DNA from: Azolla caroliniana
Taxonomy: Eukaryota; Plantae; Polypodiophyta
DNA length: 64,000 nt
Assembly: GCA_043228905.1 (NCBI GenBank)
Contig: JBHGNT010000020.1
Span: 9,796,001 to 9,860,000, forward strand
Reading direction: 5' to 3'
The translations under genes and the position numbers were made by a program. Shown here in pieces: positions 36,212 through 46,453 of the stretch. Position 1 is the first letter of the stretch. The number at the start of each line of letters is the position of its first letter. Below the pieces are notes generated by a model. That model was not told the origin of the DNA, made no database searches, and saw nothing but the letters and a program-made list of their open reading frames with translations.

Positions 36212-37801
36212 TTATTGGTTAGAGCTTAAGGGGGTTTGGAGATCATCATGTATGTCGTGGGCATTTACGAGGTTGGCGGTGGTGTTGCTTCCGAGCTCCT
36301 CGAGTGTTTTCCCCTTGGTCTCGGGGACAAGGAAGAGAACGAAGAAGATAGAGAGGAAGGAGACGAGGGCGAAGAGGGCGAAGGTGCCGAGGGGGGTGAT
36401 GGCGTCGGAGACGGTGAGGAACGTGAGGGCCACGGTGCCGCTCACGATACGGTTCACAAACATGGAGAGGCCGAGGGCCTGGGACCGATGTCTCGGGGGG
36501 AAGATCTCGGAGGAGAGGACGTACGCGATGGGGCCCCAGCCCATGGAGAAGAAGGCGACGTAGCTACATATGGCCAGGACGATGACTAGAGCCCCTTGGA
36601 GTGGGAAATGGGCGCCCGCGAGCCCAACCCCGACCCCGGGGCTCGTGTTTTCTTCCATGCCCAACACGAAGAAGGCGGCGCACACGACCACGAGGCACGC
36701 CAGCATGCCCACCGAGCTCAACAGCAAGAGCTTCTTGCGCCCCACGTGGTCCAGTGTGAAAGTGGCCACCAGCACAAAGGAGAGTTTCACAACGCCCACC
36801 CCTAGGGTTGTGCCCAGCATGCCCAGCTGGCTGCTAACCCCTGCCGCCTTGAACACCGCGGGGCTGTAGTACACCGTCGCCTCGATCCCCGCCGCCTGCT
36901 GGAAGAAGTTCACCCCGATCGCCACCGCGTAGAGCTTCGCGAGGGCCAAGAAATTCGGCGACGACTTCACCAGGCGGGCGACGCCCGAGAGCTTCAGTTT
37001 TTTCCCCCACTCTTGTCCGGCCACCGCGGTGGTGGATCCTCCTCCGGATCTCTCCGCCTCGTTGGCCGCCACGATCTCCTCTAGCCGCCGCTTCGTCTCG
37101 CTCAATCCTCCACCGCCCTCGTGGTCTCCTTCCTCGGTGCTAGCCTTCTCGCAGGAGGAGGTGCGATCCAAGACCTCCATGGCTTCGGTGTAGCGGCCGC
37201 GCATGACGAGCCAGCGCGGGGATTCGGGGAGGACGAGGAGCGTGCCGAGGGCGAGCAGGAGGGCCGGGAGGGCGCCGGCGCCCAGCATGAGGCGCCAGTT
37301 GTAGGCGGGGTCCAGGAATTGGAAGGCGAAGCCGACGATGTAGCCCAAGAGGATGCCGAGGTCCACGAAGACCTCGGTGAAGGAGACGAGGAAGCCGCGG
37401 GCAGGGGCGGGCGAGATCTCGGCGGAGTAGAGGGGGGCGATCATGACGGCGAAGCCCACGCCGACGCCCGTGAGGACGCGGCCGGCCATGAGGCACAGGA
37501 AGCTTCTCGCGGCGGCCAGGGCGGCGGCTCCGGCGAAGAAGACGGCGGCGGCGAAGCCCAGCGTGAGGCGGCGGCCGAAGCGGTTGGCGAAGAAGCCGGC
37601 GCACAGGGCTGCCGCGGCGGCCACCAGGTTGAGGGAGGCCACCATCATCTCCTCCCGCCCCACCGACAGCCCCATCTCCCGCTTTATGAACAGCATGGCG
37701 CTGCTCATCACGCCCACGTCGTAGCCCATCAGCATGGCGCTCACTGTGGTGAGCAGCACGCAGCACCACGTGTGCCCCCTCAACCTCCTCCCCCTCATCA
37801 T
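36212..37801 (-). CDS. PLT: MFS sugar-porter family polyol/monosaccharide transporter (PLT/PMT-like), intronless, 529 aa
   Basis: About 12 hydrophobic segments. Sugar-porter signatures GYDVGVMS, NRFGRR, YSAEISP..RG, PESPRWL, FFQQAAGI..VYYSP, DHVGRK, SEIFP..R and PETKGKTLEE. Confidence 0.93.
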   Translation of the reverse strand: MMRGRRLRGHTWCCVLLTTVSAMLMGYDVGVMSSAMLFIKREMGLSVGREEMMVASLNLVAAAAALCAGFFANRFGRRLTLGFAAAVFFAGAAALAAARSFLCLMAGRVLTGVGVGFAVMIAPLYSAEISPAPARGFLVSFTEVFVDLGILLGYIVGFAFQFLDPAYNWRLMLGAGALPALLLALGTLLVLPESPRWLVMRGRYTEAMEVLDRTSSCEKASTEEGDHEGGGGLSETKRRLEEIVAANEAERSGGGSTTAVAGQEWGKKLKLSGVARLVKSSPNFLALAKLYAVAIGVNFFQQAAGIEATVYYSPAVFKAAGVSSQLGMLGTTLGVGVVKLSFVLVATFTLDHVGRKKLLLLSSVGMLACLVVVCAAFFVLGMEENTSPGVGVGLAGAHFPLQGALVIVLAICSYVAFFSMGWGPIAYVLSSEIFPPRHRSQALGLSMFVNRIVSGTVALTFLTVSDAITPLGTFALFALVSFLSIFFVLFLVPETKGKTLEELGSNTTANLVNAHDIHDDLQTPLSSNQ

Positions 37802-37817
37802 TTCTCCTCCTCCCCCT

Positions 37818-38069
37818 CACGTGATCCACACTCAACACTGATGACGACCGCCCCCCCCGCACCCCACTACGCCACCTCCCCACAACCCCCGTAATTTATG
37901 AGAAAATAAATAAAGATCACGTGACGGGAGGGAGATCCACAATGTGATGAAGAAAGGCAACAAAAATCAAATGTAAGGGTCACGTGACGTGACGCCACCC
38001 ACGACTTGAATCGAATGACGACGGTAATGTGAGCCGGGAAGGACAAAAAAATAACGGAGTCACGTGACG
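37818..38069. promoter_or_regulatory. Cluster of G-box (CACGTG) and TGACG motifs upstream of the transporter
   Basis: CACGTG at 37818, 37918, 37981 and 38061, the last three as TCACGTGACG; CACGTGACGTGACG at 37981. Confidence 0.6.
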
Positions 38070-40551
38070 CCCGCCCCCCCCCCTCCCCCACTCACATGAC
38101 CGAGTTTGCTTAAAAAAGCTTTTTGCTTTTTCAAACAAGCATGCGATTCACTCACAACTTATAAGGAAGCGTAGGGTCTCTCTTTCTTCTTTCCCCTTTC
38201 TTTTTATTTTTTTGCCTTTCTTTTCCTTTCCTTTGCTTTTCTGCTTTTTGCCTTTTGCTTTTCTGCTTTTTGCCATCTGCTTTTCTCCCGCCATGCAAAC
38301 ATTTTAACTCCGCATATCGTCATTTGCCTTATCCATTCTTCCTTTTTTTCTTGCTTCTCTGCTTTTTGCTTTTCTCCACCCCCCCATGCAAGCGTTAGAT
38401 ACTCTCCCACATTGTCGTTTGCCTTATCCACTCTCCCTTTCTCTTGCTTTTTGCTTTTTATCCTATGCTTTTTTATCCAGGATCCCTTAATTTCGTTATA
38501 ACGCTAGTTCTTTGCTAGCCTTGCCATAATAGATATGATAATCGGAGGAGGATATTGCACAACCGAAGTTATGACTATGTATCATCCCCACTCATTTTAC
38601 ATCAAAAAGTTCACGGCTGGCATTCATATTCTAGAATCATGTTTCTAGAATCTAACGGATGCTCAATTCAATGCTTGAATTTTGGAATGTTCCAAATTAT
38701 AATAATACATGAAATGATTCTTTGAATGATGTTAGCAATGAGTGTCTCCTTGATCAAACACATGTCAAGGATATCTTCATTTCAACTAGAGAAAGAAGGA
38801 AATGTCAACACAAAAAATGCACTATGATAAGAAGAGGAAATTGAAGAATTTGCAATGCCCAATAACATATGGAACACAACATTATTGCTAGAAATAGGCA
38901 GGATTGAACTCATGAAAAGATGATATTGACATACAAAACAAGGTATAATAATGTGCCAAATCATTGTGTGAAAGTAGAGCTTTCACACATCATAGAAGGG
39001 GACTTTAACTCCAGAGGTTTTACATCTGTTCATGAGAAAGACGGCTATGTTAGCCACTTCTGCCCACTACAATTTCGGTAGGTTTTTCTCGTTCATCATG
39101 GCCCTTGCCACCTTTACTATATGCCGATTCTTTCGTTCGGCTACTTCGTTTTGCTGAGGTGTGTGTGTCTTTTTCAACTTCATTTTTAAACTTTTGGAAG
39201 TGTCCGAACACATCGCTCTTTTGCCGCATGGGGTAAATCTAGGTGTGCCTGGAGAAGTCATTGATAAACGTGACATAGTATTGTCATCCGCCGAATGTGG
39301 TTGTCTGTGCCGGTCCCCATACATCTGAATGTACGACATCCAGGATCCCTTTGCTCACGCTCTTCTCTTTCGGGAACATTTGTCGGTGTTGTTTGTTGAA
39401 CTGACAAGCTCCACATACACCTACCATCTCCTTTTCGGTAGAAATCGGGAGTCTGATTGCCACTCCTTTTTATTGCATGCCTTTGAGCTTCTGGAGATTG
39501 AGGTGGGGAATTCGTTTATACCATAGTTTCAAGTCGGTTTCGACTTTGGGGCCTTTTGCGAACATGGCTGACTTCACCTCATTCGATTCGAGGATGAACA
39601 TTTGGCCTTCTCTTAGGCTGTAAGCTACTAGTTGACCTTCCTTCTCAATAAAGCACGCATCATTATTGAATCGTACTTGCATGCCTTGTTCGACAATCTG
39701 GCCTATCGAGAGCAGGTTTTTCGTGATGGTTGGGACATGCAATACGTTCTTGAGATAGGTTTTTTTGTTGTCATTCCCGAATGGGACATTTCCGATATGT
39801 CATCTCCAGTGAGTTGTGTCATCTCCAGTTCCATCATAGCTTGGTCGATCGGGCTTTCCCAACTCTCAAAACCAATCTTCATGAGACGTCGTCTAATTGG
39901 ATGTTCTCAAGTCAACAAACCATACATTATCGGATGAGGAGGTACTTGCCTGGTCTTCTACCGACATTGAATGTGCTTTATGCCTCATCATGAACATACC
40001 ATTACAATCGTCGTAATCGGAATTTGCCGTTTTTTCTTTCGGTACTCCTCTTCGTAGTGCTTGAGTTTTCCACAATACCCGCATTCGATCGGGCAGTTTT
40101 TGTGGCTCAATCTAGCAGTATTAGAGATATGCCCTAATGTAAGCATATGATAAGGATAATAGATAGATAGATAGAAAGGAGAGAGCGAGAAAGAAGGGCG
40201 TCGATCCACCTGACCACCCCCAAGCGAAGGGATCGAGACGGACTCGAGCCTCGATCGGTGTCCCATACCACCGATGTGGCATCGAGTCGTACTTAGTGTT
40301 GGCGCACTCGCTACAACAATTGAACCACCACGAAACAGAGTCTCAACGTAGTCAACAAGATAATGAAATGAGGGTAGCTAGGCCTCTCATTTATAGCGAT
40401 ACCCAAGGCCCCTAGGCAAGTTCACACTTGGCCCAATGGGTTGTCTCAATCCCGAGGATTAAAAGTAATCCTCCCCTTCTTTACACTCTCATTTAACCCT
40501 CACACTTATCCACGTGTATAGAATACTACGGTAAATTCTCACCATGAGATA

Positions 40552-41412
40552 TTATATGGGCATGCTCGTATTCTCCCTCTTTAAAACATTGCACTCTTGC
40601 AAAGGAAAGTTAGGGAAGTTAGTTCTGAGAGTATTTTCGCGTTCCCATGTGGCATCTTTTATTGATTTATCCATCCATTTTATTTTAAATTCTCGGATTT
40701 CTTTAGTACGTAATTTTTTTGTTTTAACGTCGAGAATTCTTTCTACTACATGTGGTTTAGAAGAAAATTCTTCAGAAGTAACCAGAGTTTCAGTTGTAAC
40801 TGTATTGTCGCTAGAACCTAGAAGTTCTTTTAGATGACTCACATGAAAAACTGGATGAATTTCAACACCATCGGGAAGAGCGAGATGATAGGCTGATGAC
40901 CCAATGCGTTTGAGGACTGTAAAAGGTCCACAAAACCATGGGGCTAACTTAGTGCACTTACCCTTAGACAATGTCTTAGAATTGCGAGTTACACGTAAAA
41001 ATACCTTCTGTCCAAGGTGGAATACACGAGGTTGCCTATGATGATCGGCATAAAAACGCGCTCTATCTTGAGTTGTTTTTATATTATCTTGTGCAATATG
41101 CAACATATATTGCATATCCCGAAGAAACTTTTGCGTACTTCGCAACTCATCATGATGTATATTAACATCAATCGGGGCTCGTGGTTGAAAACCATACATC
41201 AACATAAAAGGACTATATCCCGTCAATGTATGCTTGGAGTTGTTATAAGAAAACTCCAAATTTGGGAGAGAACGTTCCCATTTTGTTGGTTTTGTACCAA
41301 CGTATGCTCGAAGCATGTCCTCAATAATTTTATTTACTCGTTCTGTTTGTCCATCGGATTGAGGATGATCCGTGAAGCTCATGTTCAATGTAGTTTCTAA
41401 CTTCTTAAACAC
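40552..41412 (-). pseudogene. Chromovirus integrase C-terminus with GPY/F motif and chromodomain
   Basis: LAPWFCGPFTVLKRIG..AYHLALP..IHPVFHVSHLK followed by VERILDVK...FKIKW...DATWE. Confidence 0.88.
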
Positions 41413-44400
41413 TTGCGTCTAGAAGTCACTAGTAAACTTTGGATCTCGATCACTCACTCACGATATCCATCGGTAACTCATAAAAACAAAATAACTCATC
41501 AACGAATTGGTAAGCCAATTCAGGAGTTGTTACCGTGGTTTTCATAGTGTTGAGAGACAAGCTCAACATCGGTCGGATCGGCTGAAGAAGCCGAGGACCG
41601 GATCGGTTGGGACTGATCGGTTAGGTTGAGTGCGTAAACCAGGAGGCCGTTAGGTAAGATATTCCGTAAGGAATATGTTTGGGAGTTAGTGTAAGAGCTC
41701 TTAATGAGCATTGAAGTACCGTCAGTACTTCGGTCAGTCCTTCGAGGACTTGTATAAAAGTGTTCATAGAACACACATGTGTATAGAGTGGTGAATAGAG
41801 ATTTGAGTTGTTGTTGAATATAGTTCTTGTGTCTTCTCTCTCTCTCTCACTCTCTCTGTCTCTCCTGCGTATACTGCGTAAGCTCAAGCTCTCCATTAAA
41901 CCTAAGTGTTCTTCCTTCTATTCGGTCTTCATACTTACTTCCGCACGCTACTTTTTACATGGTATTAGAGCGCGAGGGTTGAGAACCTCTCTGCAGCCGA
42001 CACAGCTTGACGAAGAAGAACAAGAAGAACGATGGATAGAGGCATGGCGAGCTCGCTTCCAACTGAGAAGCTCAACAGAACCAACTACGCGGCTTGGTCC
42101 TACAAGATGCACCAGTACATGCTCGGGCACAACTACTGGATTTACGTCGAAGGAGCTAATGACGCGGCACCCGAATCGACACACAGAGACTTCCCGTCGT
42201 GGGAGCAATCGGCGAGCAGGGTACTATACTGCTTCGCATCGTGTGTGGGAGAACAACTATTGAGCTATGTTCGGGATACAAAGATGCCGAAGGGTGTGTG
42301 GGAAAATCTGAAGAAGATTTTCGCCGCGAGCACCACAACCAGGAAGCTCCAGCTCCGACAGGAGTTGAGCAACCTACGACAACGCGACTTGTCGGTGGCG
42401 GACTCTACCTCGAAGATCAAGGATATCTGCGACTCCCTCGCCTCCATAGAGGTGAACATCGAGGAGAGCGAGATGGCCCAGATCTATCTCGGAGGTTTGG
42501 CGTCGAAGTTCAGAGCGTTCCGAACGGCTGTGTGTACCCGGGAGAATACGCCGTCCTTTTTCGACTTACAGTCAATGCTCCTGGTAGAGGAGAACCACGC
42601 GGGTGCGTCGACGAGCATGCACACCGATAGCAAGATGTTGTACACGGAGGGAGAAAGGCCCTGTGGTCGTGGCGGACGAGGCGAGTCGGTACGCAATGGA
42701 GGCGGCCGACGAGATCAAGGAAGAAGGCACCGAAGTGATGCCGACAGCAACTCCGGACCCTCCGGAAACAGGGGGAGTCGAAGCGATAAGAACCGGCAAG
42801 GGAAGACCATCGCAGAGTGCTGGTACTGTGACAAGAAAGGCCACAGGGAAAGTGAGTGCTGGAAGAAGTGCGCCGATTTCGGAGAGAACCGGTTCCGAAA
42901 ACAGCTTCGGACATACCGACAAGGGAAATCGCCGAAGACTCCGGGAGAGCCGGAGAAGGGTCTGCCTTCGTGACGAGACACGAAGCAAACTCAATGAAAC
43001 GGACCACCCCGAGATCGGACGAGGTGTGGTACGTAGACTCCGACGCATCAAACCACATGACGAGCCATAAGGAGTGGTTCTCGTACCTGGAAAAACCGAT
43101 ACAACCTGGAGTAGTCGCAACAGGAGACGACACTCCGCATCCGATCGCGAATGTCGGAGAAGTTCCCCTTAGCCATGTCGGGCAGAAAGGTTTACACACC
43201 TCGGGTGCTTCATTGAGGAAGAAGGCCGTGTGATTGCGCAAGGGCGCAGAGACGGGAGGATGTTCATCCTCGACTCCACTAACGGTGGCACCGCAATGTT
43301 CGCGAAGGGACAAAAACCCGAGTCGGACATCGACTTGTGGCACAAGCGGATAGGCCACGTCAACTACCAGCGGCTTCAAGATCTGCAATCGAAACAGGTA
43401 GTGCTCGGATTGCCCAAATTTAGTGGCCGAAAGGCACAAATTTGTGAAGCCTGCCAGCTCGGGAAGCAACACTGACTTCCTTTCCCAAACGAGCGAAACC
43501 GGAGCCGGAAAAAGCTCGACCTTATACACTCAGATGTGTGGGGCCGACACAAAACGTTAGTCTTGGCGGGAGCCGATATTTTGTCTCCTTCATCGACGAC
43601 CATATGCGGCACACGTGGATCTACCTCATTAAGAGGAAGAGCGAAGTCTTCGACTGTTTCCGTGACCTCAAAGGGTTCATGGAAACGGAAACGGGACGGA
43701 AGATCAAGTGCCTGCGGTCGGATGGCGGGAAAGAGTACTTTTCCGGTCAATTCAACGGTTATCTACAACAAATGGGAATTCGGCGCGAATTCAGTTGTAG
43801 ATACACGCCAGAGCAGAACGGCGTGGCCGAGAGGAAGAATCGGTCAGTTGTGGAAGCGGCAGAGGCAATGCTGGAGGAGATGAGCTTGCCCAAGTTCTAT
43901 TGGGCCGAGGCGGTAAGGACCGCGGTATACATCCAGAACCGGATCGGAGACAAAGTGTCGGTTGGAACGAAGCCGAACTTGCGACACTTGAGGGTGTTCG
44001 GTAGCATTGCGTATGTGCATATACCGAAGGAGAAAAGGAGGAAGCTGGACGCAAAGGCCGAGAAATGCATCTTGGTCGGTTACTTGGACGAGCAGAAGGG
44101 TTATAAGTGTTATAACCCTCGCACCAAACAAGCGCATGTGAGCCGCAACGTTGTGTTTGACGAGTCCGCGTCCTGGTACCTGCCCCCGACTACGAACCTC
44201 GCCTCCAATCCGAGCTCAGACGATGGGGTCAGCGAGGCCGAGATGCCTCCGGATGAACCCGAAATCGAGACCCGCGAAGAGAGTCCGATTTCACTCTGGT
44301 TAAGTGGACCGATTGGATGACTGAGTCAGTACGACCAGTCCGATGAAGAGCCGACGAGTAGTGGAGACTCGGCCGTGCATTCCCCGCGCAGGAAGCCAAG

Positions 44401-44713
44401 GAGACGGCTTACGCGCAAAGAGAAAGGGAAGAAGAAGGTGTCGGATTCCGGCACGGAAAGGAACGAGTCAGACCGACGCGAGTCCAACTCCGAGGGAACC
44501 GGTGACGGGTCTTTAAAGATGAAGACCGCGTCGACCGAGAAGGCCTCGACATCGGCTAATGTGAGATTACGCCGATCTACCCACCAGAAGAATCCTATTT
44601 TGCGGTTCGGATACAACGAGTACATGGCGCATCATTATGCGTACATGACCTGTGTAGCGGAAGTGCGTGAGCCGGAGAGCTACGCAGAAGCGGCTAAAGA
44701 CGCGAATTGGCGT

Positions 44714-45370
44714 TGTCGTGAAGAAAACCGTCCCTTAGCGCAATTGGTGCATAGCGCGCGTGAACCGGCTCTTCATGCGTGCGCGCTCTTTAATGTATAT
44801 AATAGGGAATTAGGTACATAGGCATATCCGGGGGTAGTTAGATTCGGTAGGTAGGAAGTAAATGAGGGAGACGACTCCCTTCCTGAAGCTATAAAAGAGA
44901 GGGAGATGCGGGGGAGAAGGGATTGCGCATTGAGGAGGACGAAGTGCTGTCGGACCGTAACCGAACGCTTCTCCTCTGTTTGTTCTCTATTGCTCTTCTC
45001 TGCAGGTTTTCGGGAGGCTTGCGCTGCTTCGAGGAACGCTCGTGTGCTTCCGGCAGCACCTCCATCGTATCCCCTTTCGTGCGCAGACGAACAGGCATCG
45101 GCATCTGTTCGCCGGCCTGTTCGATTGTAACCACTCGCGTGCTCTGTTGTTTTTTTTTTGGTGTCATCTGTTAATATACAAACATTCGTGTCTCTCTGTC
45201 TCTGTGTCCATTCGTGTTTTCTGCGTCGACGGGCCGTGTCCCTGTGTTTCTTTGCTCATACGTAACCGGTCATCTCTCTCGTTCTCTTTCCCCTCCTATC
45301 ACCTGCTCTTCGGTTCAAGACCCCGGTGGTCCCGCCTCGTTTCTCCACGCACGCGCGTAGTAACGCGACA
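44714..45370 (+). repeat. Solo LTR of the TGTCGTGAAGA Gypsy group (type C-like U3), TSD GCGT
   Basis: TGTCGTGAAGAAAACC...AACGCGACA. Removing it restores AATTGGCGTGCCGCG as in Copia-5 (~30458). Confidence 0.93.
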
Positions 45371-45778
45371 GCGTGCCGCGATGGAGGAAGAGATGCACGC
45401 ATTAACGGAGAACGAGACCTGGGACCTGGTTGACGCACCAATAGGGGTAAAACCGATTGGGTGTAGGTGGGTGTACAAGGTCAAGTACAACACCGATGGC
45501 TCGGTCAACCGGTACAAGGCTCGACTAGTGGCAAAAGGCTACGTGCAAAAACACAGCATCGACTACAATGAGACGTTTGCGCCGGTCGCGAAAATGACAA
45601 CCGCCCGTGTTTTGCTCGCAGTAGCCGCGGCCAAGGGGTGGCACTTACATCAAATGGATGTAAAGAATGCGTTCCTGCAAGGTGACCTTGAGGAACAGGT
45701 GTACATGGTACAACCCCCCGGATTTCACTCCGAAACGAACTCCTCGGTAGTATGCCGACTAAAGAAGTCCCTTTACGG

Positions 45779-46453
45779 TGTCGTGAAGATTTTCGTCCGT
45801 AGGCGGAAACCCGAGCGAAGCAAGCAAACTCGCGATGTGCAACGTTGCACATCAACATGTTGTATTTCTATTTATCGATAGTGATAAGTATGGTGCTAGA
45901 AATGCACCTTAGGATTTGTAAAGTGTAAAGGTGATGTGCTTTTGCGCGCACATCCACGTGAGAGAGAGAGATAGGTACATAGTAGTTCGTGTAGAGGTGG
46001 GAGTTAAGACCCATCCTTCCCACCTCCCCTAAAATCAAGGGAAATATCCCCATTGATTGAAAGGGGATATTTTGTAGCACCCTTTTGTAAACGGTCTTCT
46101 CTCCTTGTGCTATAAAAGGAGAGGAAGAGCACCATTGTGGGGGTTGCCTATTTTGAGTGCGAAAGGTATACCACATAGGACGAGCGTTAGGTTTAGGGTT
46201 ACTTTTCTTCTTCGTCGGATTAGGGTTTCGGGTTTATCATAGTCGTTTGGTGCGGCCTACGCGGCCGCCATTTTGTAATCGGTTTTCGGTTCTAATATAT
46301 CTTGTTGAGCATTTGGCCTCCATCTTCCTCTTGTTCATTCTTCCTCTTCTTGTGCTAAGCTCCATTCCGAAGTCCTATTCCTTCTCCCCTTCTCCTTAGT
46401 CCAAGACCCCCGTGGTTCCGCCCTTCTCCACGCACGCGCGTAACAACGCGACA
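45779..46453 (+). repeat. Solo LTR of the TGTCGTGAAGA Gypsy group (type D U3), TSD ACGG
   Basis: TGTCGTGAAGATTTTC...AACGCGACA. Removing it restores CTTTACGGACTGAAG as in Copia-5 (~30863). Confidence 0.93.

Noticed and set aside
36147-37894. Overlapping or antisense ORFs on the transporter (e.g. 37121-37894 +, 37140-37883 -)
   Set aside because: Expected shadow ORFs of a GC3-rich CDS; no recognisable motifs.
38100-38470. Lys-rich ORF 38204-38431
   Set aside because: Translation of a low-complexity (CTTTT/GCTTTT) tract.
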